Of a DNA stretch of 43,979 bases, positions 18,588 through 26,243 are shown piece after piece. Both the position numbers and the translations under genes were made by a program. Numbering within the stretch: the first letter of the stretch is position 1; every line of letters starts with the position of its first letter. The stretch is from an uncultured Sulfurimonas sp. (lineage in GTDB: Bacteria; Campylobacterota; Campylobacteria; Campylobacterales; Sulfurimonadaceae). Location of the stretch: assembly GCA_964564315.1 (NCBI GenBank), contig CAZMBK010000001.1, forward strand, positions 1-43,979. Direction: 5' to 3'. The notes beneath the pieces are model-generated. The model saw only the letters and a list, made by a program, of their open reading frames with translations, did not search any database and had not been told where the DNA came from.

Positions 18588-20395
18588 TGGGAACTAGATA
18601 TACAATTTTATGTGTAGATGACAATAAAAATAATCTTTTTACACTGAGTGCACTCTTGGAAACAACAGGAGAAATTAATACTATTGAGGCTTTAAGTGCA
18701 AAAGAGGGTTTAGATGTTTTACTGAAAAAGCATGTAGATTTAATACTTTTAGATGTCCAAATGCCAGAGATGAATGGATTTGAATTTGCAAAGCTTGTAA
18801 AATCAAATAAGAAGACAAAAGATATTCCTATTATTTTTGTAACAGCAGTATTTAAAAGCGATGAGTTTGTTAAAGAAGGATTTGAACTTGGGGCTGTTGA
18901 TTACCTTACAAAACCTATAGATGATCATCAGCTTCTAAATAAAATTTCATTGTATCTTAAACTTTTTGAGCAAAATATAAAGTTACAGCAGAGTGAAAAA
19001 AAATTTATAGACATCGCACAGAGTATAGGTGATGGTATCTATACTTTAGATTTAGAGAATAAAACAACTTTTATTAATAAACAAGCACTGTTGATGCTAG
19101 GATTTAAAAAGAATGAACTTCTTGGCAAGCCTATTCATGACTATATACATTATAAAACGATTGATAATGAGATGATTAAAGCTTCTGAATGCTCCATCCA
19201 TAAGGTTTCTATAACAGAAAATATTTTTACAAATGTCAATACTCATTTTGTAAAAAAAGATGGAACATTTTTATCTGTTTCCTTGTTAGCAACGCCTATT
19301 TATGATGAAAATGATGTGATGGGAACAGTTGTAATTTTTCGTGATAAGAGACAAGAAGATAAAATAAATGAACTTGAAAATGAGAAGGTGAAAAATCAAG
19401 AGCAGATTATTCACTCAATGGTAAATATGATAGAATCAAGGGACTCTTATACGGCTGGACATACAAAAAGGGTAGCTCACTACTGTGAACTGATAGCAAA
19501 AGAGATGCACTATTCTTTAGAGGAGATAGAGAAATTAAAAAAAGCTGCATGGTTGCATGATATAGGGAAAATTTCTACTCCTGATAGTGTACTCCTTAAA
19601 CCTGGAAAATTAAGTGATATAGAGTATGAGCTTATTCAAGAGCATCTTATTAGTGGATACAATATTTTACATGAAATAGACCAATATAAAGATATCGCTG
19701 AAATAATGAGAGAACATCATGAAAAATTTGATGGAAGTGGTTATCCTCGTGGTATACAAAAAGATGAAATTAATCCTTTGAGTAGGATTATGATTGTTGC
19801 TGATGCCTTTGATGCTATGACAACGAATCGTGTGTATAAGCCAAGAAAAAGTTTAAAAGTATCACTTAGAGAGTTGGAGAGTTTAAGTGCAAAACATTTT
19901 CATCCAGAAGTTGTAAGTGCAGCTGTAAAAGCACTGAAAAATATAGATATAGATAGTGCCATTACACAACTACCTCAGTCCACAATAGAGCAACAACGTT
20001 TTTCATACTTTTATAAAGATAGACTTACTGAGCTTTTTATTATAGAGTATCTTCCTCTTGTTCTTCGCTATAGAATAAAATCAGACTCTGTCTATTTTTA
20101 TAGTGTAGAATTACATAATTTTTCAAAATACAATAAAAAAATGGGCTGGAAAGAGGGTGATAAGTTTCTTATAGCATTCGCAAAATATATAGATGCCTTA
20201 AATGAAGATACTATTCTTTTTCGTGTTGAAGGTGATGATTTTTTGATTTTAAGTGAGAAAAAATTAGAAAGTGTTGAGTCTGATGTTCAAAAGTTTCCAC
20301 TCTTTAGAGACTCTTTAGTGAGTTGTAGTGTACGAGAAAATTATGTAAGTAACTTTGAGAGTTTAGATAATCTTCAAGACTTTTTAATGAAATAG
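18584..20395 (+). CDS. REC-PAS-HD-GYP cyclic di-GMP phosphodiesterase with degenerate C-terminal GGDEF
   Basis: REC; PAS; YTAGHTKRV, LHDIGK, HHEKFDGSGYP, VADAFDAMT; C-terminal DRLTE...GWKEGD...FRVEGDDF. Confidence 0.9.
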   Translation: MMGTRYTILCVDDNKNNLFTLSALLETTGEINTIEALSAKEGLDVLLKKHVDLILLDVQMPEMNGFEFAKLVKSNKKTKDIPIIFVTAVFKSDEFVKEGFELGAVDYLTKPIDDHQLLNKISLYLKLFEQNIKLQQSEKKFIDIAQSIGDGIYTLDLENKTTFINKQALLMLGFKKNELLGKPIHDYIHYKTIDNEMIKASECSIHKVSITENIFTNVNTHFVKKDGTFLSVSLLATPIYDENDVMGTVVIFRDKRQEDKINELENEKVKNQEQIIHSMVNMIESRDSYTAGHTKRVAHYCELIAKEMHYSLEEIEKLKKAAWLHDIGKISTPDSVLLKPGKLSDIEYELIQEHLISGYNILHEIDQYKDIAEIMREHHEKFDGSGYPRGIQKDEINPLSRIMIVADAFDAMTTNRVYKPRKSLKVSLRELESLSAKHFHPEVVSAAVKALKNIDIDSAITQLPQSTIEQQRFSYFYKDRLTELFIIEYLPLVLRYRIKSDSVYFYSVELHNFSKYNKKMGWKEGDKFLIAFAKYIDALNEDTILFRVEGDDFLILSEKKLESVESDVQKFPLFRDSLVSCSVRENYVSNFESLDNLQDFLMK

Positions 20396-20396
20396 T

Positions 20397-21182
20397 ATGA
20401 TCTATATTATTTTTATATCTTTTACTCTTCTTGTCTTAGTTTTTGCATTTTACCATTGGCAGTTCTATATGGTTTTCACTCCAACTTATAATAGAAAAAA
20501 AAACATCTGTGAAGCATGCTCTTTTTTAACAATAAATACAGATGATGGTGTAGCATTAGAGGGTGTACTCTATGAACCAAAAAATCCTAAAACCACACTC
20601 CTCTTTTTTGCTGGAAGAAGTCATGATGTTGTTGGCTTAGTAAATATGTTGAGTGTTACATACTCTAAAAGTAGAGTGATTGCATTTAACTATCGTTCTT
20701 ATGGAAAAAGTCAAGGAAAATTAAGTGAGAAAAATATTTTAGATGATGGGATAAAAATTGCACAATTAGTCCAAAAAAATTATGGTGATTTTTTTCTTTT
20801 GGGTTACTCCTTAGGTTCTAATATAGCCGCTTATGTGGCTTCTAAAGAGCGTGTTAAAGCACTCTTTCTTATAGGTGCATTTGACTCAATAGCTTCACTT
20901 GCAAAGTCTAAGTTCGTAGATAAAAGTTTCCTCCCAAATTTAAACCTTTCAAAAATCTTTAGATATAAATTTGCTACTGGAAAATATGTTGAAAATGTTG
21001 ATGCTAAAACATATCTTTTTGTGAGTAGAGATGATGAAGTGACCTATATTCAGAATGCAAGAGTATTACAACAGAGAGTTAAAAATCTTGTAGGGTACAT
21101 GGAGTTAGAAGATCTTTCCCATAAAGAGATTCTTTGGGATGAGGGTGTAACAGATACAATAAATAGGATACTAAATGATTAA
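20397..21182 (+). CDS. Alpha/beta hydrolase (membrane-anchored)
   Basis: N-terminal TM, NYRSYGKSQG, nucleophile elbow GYSLG, later DEV and H. Confidence 0.85.
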   Translation: MIYIIFISFTLLVLVFAFYHWQFYMVFTPTYNRKKNICEACSFLTINTDDGVALEGVLYEPKNPKTTLLFFAGRSHDVVGLVNMLSVTYSKSRVIAFNYRSYGKSQGKLSEKNILDDGIKIAQLVQKNYGDFFLLGYSLGSNIAAYVASKERVKALFLIGAFDSIASLAKSKFVDKSFLPNLNLSKIFRYKFATGKYVENVDAKTYLFVSRDDEVTYIQNARVLQQRVKNLVGYMELEDLSHKEILWDEGVTDTINRILND

Positions 21183-21540
21183 ATTTTTCTTCTCTACTGG
21201 TATATTTAAACTCTACCTTTTTGTTTGTTTAGTTGTGATTGAGTTTCTTGCAACTACAACTATACATATAGAAGCGATGGAGAGTGTATGGGATAAGGCA
21301 AACCATTTTACAGCCTTTTTTGTACTCTATTTTTTACTAACATTTGCTTATAAAAATCTTTCCATAATTGTAAAGTTTTTATTGTTACTAGCATTTGGCT
21401 TACAAATAGAAGTAGTACAGAGTTTTATAGATGGTCGTTTCTTTTCTCTTTTAGATGTTTTTGCTGACTCTATAGGAATTTTGATTGGTATTGGATTTGT
21501 AAGAGTTATAGAAAAAAAGTTTAGTAGATTTCTTACATAA
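21175..21540 (+). CDS. VanZ-family membrane protein
   Basis: DKANHFTAF, IEVVQSF..GRFFSLLDVFADSIG. Confidence 0.85.
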   Translation: MIKFFFSTGIFKLYLFVCLVVIEFLATTTIHIEAMESVWDKANHFTAFFVLYFLLTFAYKNLSIIVKFLLLLAFGLQIEVVQSFIDGRFFSLLDVFADSIGILIGIGFVRVIEKKFSRFLT

Positions 21541-21541
21541 T

Positions 21542-22252
21542 CTAGTATTTAATACGTGCTAAGTAGAGACCATTTGAAGGTGCAGGTTTGAGCTTATGAT
21601 TTTTTTTAAGGTTTAATTTTTCGATTATTTGTACCTCATTTAAGTGAAGAAGAGCTCCTACCATAAGACGGATTTGGCTCCGTAAAAAACCATTCGCTTC
21701 AAAATGTAAAATTATATAAGCATTATATTTATAGGCAAAAGCACTGTATATCTCCCGTACACTACTCTTCTCATCACTTCCTGTTTTTAAAAAGTAAGAA
21801 AAATCATGTACTCCTTGAAAGAGTTTTATATTTTTTTCTATTTTCAAAAAGTCTACACTCTCTAAAAATGTAACAAAATTTCCTTCAAAAGGATTTGATT
21901 CTTCTTCTTTGAGTATATATCTGTAGACTCTTTTTTTTGCACTATATCGAGCATGAAAATCATCAGTTACTTCTCTAATCTCTTTTACAAGTATAGAGGA
22001 GGGGAGCATACGGTTAATAACTCTTTTTAGTTTTATAATATCACTCCAAAAAGGGGGAAGATCGATGTGGCAGACTTGATATGAAGCATGAACACCTTTA
22101 TCTGTACGACCACTTGCAACTATTTTTGACTCTATACCAAGTTGTTTTAAAACTTTATGAAGCTGTCCCATTATAGTGTTTGTTGTCTCTTTTTGCTGTT
22201 GTGAACCTAGAAAATGTGTTCCATCGTAAGCTACTATTATTTTAATACGCAT
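21542..22252 (-). CDS. truA: tRNA pseudouridine(38-40) synthase
   Basis: AYDGT, SGRTDKGVHA, FHARYSA, GFLRSQIR, GLYL. The true start is probably the ATG at 22252, overlapping the upstream TAA. Confidence 0.95.
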   Translation of the reverse strand: MRIKIIVAYDGTHFLGSQQQKETTNTIMGQLHKVLKQLGIESKIVASGRTDKGVHASYQVCHIDLPPFWSDIIKLKRVINRMLPSSILVKEIREVTDDFHARYSAKKRVYRYILKEEESNPFEGNFVTFLESVDFLKIEKNIKLFQGVHDFSYFLKTGSDEKSSVREIYSAFAYKYNAYIILHFEANGFLRSQIRLMVGALLHLNEVQIIEKLNLKKNHKLKPAPSNGLYLARIKY

Positions 22253-23271
22253 TAGAATGTTTTTGTAACTTTTTTTCTGTAGAAGAGATAGGTAATAAAT
22301 AGCCAAAGTGTAGCAACTGTAGGAATAGTATAAAATCCTAATATATTTTGGAGACCTAAAGTAAAACCATAGTAAAAAATTGTTCCAAGAAAAAGAAAAA
22401 GATAGACTTGAGACTTCTGATGTCTAGCATGTACAATTCCCATAGATGCTATAAGAAATATACTGAGCATTGGAAAAAGGCTCAAGAGTACATCTGTTAT
22501 AAACATTTTTTTCTTTGCATGTCTTCTCTTTATAGAAGTCCAGTAATCATAAGGTTTCATATAGGCTTTTAGCTCAGTTTTCATAGTATCATTAATCATC
22601 ATTGTGTCGAAATTAATTTGAGTGAACTTCTCTTTAGAGTAACTATATCCTTGTCCATCATAAAGCTTTAAACGTAAAATACCTCCATCGTTTACAAGTT
22701 TTGCATTCTTTGCCGCTATGAGAATCTCCTCCTCTTTTTTCTTATTAAAGAGAAAAACTTTTGAGAATGTACCATCATCTTGTTTTACTCCAAGATATAA
22801 AAGCCAATCTCCAAAACTATTTCCAAATTCACTTGCCGAGAGATTAAACTGTGCTTCACTCTTTTTGTAAGAGATAAAGTTTGACGAGAGTACTTTAGAG
22901 TGAGGAAAGAGTATAAAAAAGTCTACAAAAAGGAGGGTAGAGAGAAGCAGTGCTGGTTTAAAAAGTGTTTTAAGAATAAATGATGGTTTAATACCAAGGG
23001 AAAATATGACTATCATTTCATTTTCATTAGAGAGGCGAAAGAGTGTAAGTGTGGCTGCTATAAAAAATGTTACAGGCAGAGTATAAAAGAGTAATTCTGG
23101 TATACGAAAAAAATAGAGTTTTGTCATCTCCCAAACAGTGAGTTGAATAATCGCTGTATAGGTTGCAAGTTTAATAAGAAATATCACTGAAGCTATAGCA
23201 AAAAGTGAAATAAATATTGACATGAAAATAAGTGAAAGGTTATCAGTTATGTAGTTTCTTAATTTATTCAT
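22252..23271 (-). CDS. LptF/LptG-family LPS export permease
   Basis: Three TMs, a beta-rich periplasmic region, then three TMs; RLSNENEMIVIFSLG motif. Confidence 0.88.
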   Translation of the reverse strand: MNKLRNYITDNLSLIFMSIFISLFAIASVIFLIKLATYTAIIQLTVWEMTKLYFFRIPELLFYTLPVTFFIAATLTLFRLSNENEMIVIFSLGIKPSFILKTLFKPALLLSTLLFVDFFILFPHSKVLSSNFISYKKSEAQFNLSASEFGNSFGDWLLYLGVKQDDGTFSKVFLFNKKKEEEILIAAKNAKLVNDGGILRLKLYDGQGYSYSKEKFTQINFDTMMINDTMKTELKAYMKPYDYWTSIKRRHAKKKMFITDVLLSLFPMLSIFLIASMGIVHARHQKSQVYLFLFLGTIFYYGFTLGLQNILGFYTIPTVATLWLFITYLFYRKKVTKTF

Positions 23272-23274
23272 TAG

Positions 23275-24090
23275 TTAGTAATTAGCCTCAATATAACTCA
23301 TAATTGGCGAATCGTAAAGAAAGACTATAAATGTAGCGAGTGCTAAAAATGGGACAAAAGGAACTCTCTGCTCTTCACGAGAACGTTTCATTACAAGAAG
23401 CATAATAGGGAGTGCTAGAAGTGCTGAAAGAAAGATAGCAACGAGAGTAAGTTTGACTCCTAAGAGTGCTCCCATAGTTGCGGCTACCATAATATCGCCT
23501 TCTCCCATTGCTTCTAAAAAAGGCGTTCGATCATAATGTTTATTCCATGCTGTTTTTGTTTTAAGACCTGCTCTATATACCGAAGAGGTAAGATAGTAGG
23601 AGAGGAAAAAACGTAAAAGTGTAAAACCACCAGCAAAAAGAAGTGCATTATTTAGATTGAGTAAAAAGCCTGCTGGACTCCAAGCCCCAAAAATAGCAAA
23701 AAGTATAGCAAGTATATTTAAAGAGTCAGGTACCATTTTATACTTAAAGTCTATAACAGAGAGTGCTAAAAGCATAAGAAAACTTTGGGCTATAAAAAAA
23801 GCTGGTAAAGAGAGACCGTACTTATAAGCAATAGCGGCAAAAAGAAGGGCAGAAGCAAGTTCTACAAGTGGATACTGAATAGAGATAGTTGCTTTACAGA
23901 AGGCACATCTCCCACGAAGAAATAACCAAGAGAGAAGAGGAATGTTATGCCAAGGTTTTAGTTTATTGCCACAGGAGTAGCAGTATGAGCCTTCAAAAAC
24001 AACACTCTCTTCTTTGGGAATGCGAAGAATAACAACATTTAAAAATGAGCCAAAAAGGAGACCAAAGATGGAGGCTATAAATATTTCCAT
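23275..24090 (-). CDS. Prepilin peptidase (A24 family)
   Basis: GSFLNVVILRIP, two CxxC (CYSC, CAFC), NIPLLSW, ID, MGEGD, PFVPFL. Confidence 0.93.
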   Translation of the reverse strand: MEIFIASIFGLLFGSFLNVVILRIPKEESVVFEGSYCYSCGNKLKPWHNIPLLSWLFLRGRCAFCKATISIQYPLVELASALLFAAIAYKYGLSLPAFFIAQSFLMLLALSVIDFKYKMVPDSLNILAILFAIFGAWSPAGFLLNLNNALLFAGGFTLLRFFLSYYLTSSVYRAGLKTKTAWNKHYDRTPFLEAMGEGDIMVAATMGALLGVKLTLVAIFLSALLALPIMLLVMKRSREEQRVPFVPFLALATFIVFLYDSPIMSYIEANY

Positions 24091-24770
24091 TATTTTAAGC
24101 CTCCAAATCTACGTTCAACTTTTGTAAATTTTTTTATGATTTTTTCGAGTTCTTTGTTTGTAAAGTCTGGCCAAAGTGTATCTGTAAAGAAAAGCTCTGC
24201 ATAGGCAGCTTGCCAAAGTAAAAAGTTTGAGAGTCTATGGTCCCCTCCCGTACGTATAAGTAGATCAACATCATGTTTTGAGTCAAGCGCATTACTGAGC
24301 ATCTCTTGCGTTATATTTCCTTCTATATTTTTGAGTCTATTTACTGCTCTTACTATTTCATCTTGTGCACCGTAGTTAAGTGCTAAGTACTGCACTAAAC
24401 CATCACAGTGTGCTGTCTTTTCTTCTACCATGTTAATGGTTTTTTGTAGAGACTTATTAAATGCACGTATATCTCCAATAGGTTCAAAACGAACATTATT
24501 CTCGAGATATACAGGGAGTTCATTTTTGAGATAGTTGTTAAGAAGTTTCATTAAAAACTCCACTTCTAAGCGAGGACGTTTCCAATTTTCTGTGGAGAAT
24601 GCATAGAGTGTTAAGTACTCAATTTCAGGGTTATTTGAACAAAATGTTGTTATCTCTTTTACAACTTTAGCTCCAGCTTCATGTCCTTTGACTCTTTTTT
24701 TTCCTTGTAGCTCTGCCCATCGACCATTTCCATCCATTATAATGGCTATATGTTTTACACTATTCATCAT
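24090..24770 (-). CDS. uppS: Undecaprenyl diphosphate synthase
   Basis: HIAIIMDGNGRWA, YAFSTENWKRP, DLLIRTGG, RLSNFLLWQ, RRFGG. Confidence 0.97.
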   Translation of the reverse strand: MMNSVKHIAIIMDGNGRWAELQGKKRVKGHEAGAKVVKEITTFCSNNPEIEYLTLYAFSTENWKRPRLEVEFLMKLLNNYLKNELPVYLENNVRFEPIGDIRAFNKSLQKTINMVEEKTAHCDGLVQYLALNYGAQDEIVRAVNRLKNIEGNITQEMLSNALDSKHDVDLLIRTGGDHRLSNFLLWQAAYAELFFTDTLWPDFTNKELEKIIKKFTKVERRFGGLK

Positions 24771-26045
24771 TTACTCTTCTATCTCTTTTGCATAGTTTAG
24801 TATCTCAAATGCTACATTTAATTTATCATTTTTAGGAATTGAATGCTGTTTATCTTCTGTTATAAACTCCACACTATTTGTTTGTGAACCAAAACTTTTA
24901 GCATCTGTAAGAAGATTTAAACAGACAGCATCAAGACTCTTTTTTTGTAGCATATTCACTGCATTTTGCAGTGCATTTTGAGCATCCATTTCTGCCTTAA
25001 AACCAACGACACAAATACCCTCTTTATTTATACTACTCAAAATATCCAGATTCTGTTTGAGTTTTAAATCAAAACTCTCTCCAAGCATCTCTTTTTTCAG
25101 TTTTCCCTCTTGTGTAAAAGCAGGAATGTAGTCACTGACAGCTGCCGCCATAAAAAGATAGGGTTTTTTCTGTATAAGATGAATTTGCTCATCTCTTACA
25201 AGTGTTGCTTTTGAGAGTTTTCCTTTTTTTGCAATGCGTATAGAGTCTACAAGATACTCATGCATTTCAGCAGAGTCTATAACGTCTAAAGTATAAATAT
25301 CTTCAGGAATATTTGCTTCAAACTTTGTGCTTATTAGATTAACATCAGCACCTCTACAGTAGAGTGCTGTTGCCATAGATGAAGCCATCTTACCGCTAGA
25401 GAAGTTAGAGATATAACGAACCTCGTCTATTTTCTCTATAGTACCACCCCCTGTAACTATTACTCTTCTATCGCTCCAAAAAGCATCTTTTAAAAGTTCT
25501 CTTGCTGTTGCCCAAAATATATGAAGTGGTTCAGCCATCGCTCCATCACCTACAGTTTTACATGCAAGCTCTTTTGTTTGTGTTTCTAAAATAGTGTAGT
25601 TTGCGATACCAAGCATTTTAAGATTTGCTTTTGTTATAGGATTTTCTAGCATATTTGTATTTGCAGAAGGTGCAAGAATTTTAACACCACTAAAGGCTAA
25701 AGCAGACTGTAAAAGTATAGTGTCTGCGATGGCATTTGCAAGTTTTGCAATGGTGTTAGCTGTAGCAGGGGCAATTATGAAAACATCTGCCCACTCTGTT
25801 ATTTTTATATGGTTATGTGCATTGGTCCAAGACTCATTAGTATCGTCTAGTACCTGATTTGATGAAAGTGTTTCAAAGCTAAGTGGAGCAACAAATTTTT
25901 TTGCAGATGGACTCATAATAACTTTCACATTTGCACCCGCTTTTGTCAGTAAGCGAACGAGTTCCAAGGATTTATAAACGGCAATAGAGCCTGTGACACC
26001 AATAAGTACATTTTTATCTTTTAATAGTGTTGTGGGAATTATCAT
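24771..26045 (-). CDS. coaBC: Bifunctional phosphopantothenoylcysteine decarboxylase/ligase
   Basis: GVTGSIAVYK, APATANTIAKLA, LAC, IDEVRYISNFSSGKM, AAAVSD, VGFKAE. Confidence 0.96.
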   Translation of the reverse strand: MIIPTTLLKDKNVLIGVTGSIAVYKSLELVRLLTKAGANVKVIMSPSAKKFVAPLSFETLSSNQVLDDTNESWTNAHNHIKITEWADVFIIAPATANTIAKLANAIADTILLQSALAFSGVKILAPSANTNMLENPITKANLKMLGIANYTILETQTKELACKTVGDGAMAEPLHIFWATARELLKDAFWSDRRVIVTGGGTIEKIDEVRYISNFSSGKMASSMATALYCRGADVNLISTKFEANIPEDIYTLDVIDSAEMHEYLVDSIRIAKKGKLSKATLVRDEQIHLIQKKPYLFMAAAVSDYIPAFTQEGKLKKEMLGESFDLKLKQNLDILSSINKEGICVVGFKAEMDAQNALQNAVNMLQKKSLDAVCLNLLTDAKSFGSQTNSVEFITEDKQHSIPKNDKLNVAFEILNYAKEIEE

Positions 26046-26203
26046 ATATATCTCATTTTATAGATGTTTTTTTTAATTCTTATATTTTATCAAATTATAC
26101 TTAATAAAAGACTTCTTATAAAAATCATCTTGTGTATAATTAACACATAATCATGATAGATATATAAAAAGTTCTTATATTTATTCTCTTTTTGATAAAA
26201 AAG

Positions 26204-26212
26204 TGATATAAT
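26204..26212 (+). promoter_or_regulatory. Extended -10 promoter (TGnTATAAT) of the lipoprotein gene
   Basis: TGATATAAT about 30 nt upstream of the ATG at 26244, which has an AAGGA RBS. Confidence 0.55.
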
Positions 26213-26243
26213 TTTTTTAAATAATAATATCTAAAGGATGATA

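Noticed and set aside
20397-21540. Hydrolase and VanZ genes as part of the CheB/CheR system
   Set aside because: They are co-directional and abutting, but they are common generic genes with no sequence evidence of a functional link.
22253-22306. N-terminal extension of truA in the ORF track
   Set aside because: It overlaps the permease gene; the ATG at 22252, coupled to the upstream TAA, gives a normal TruA N-terminus.
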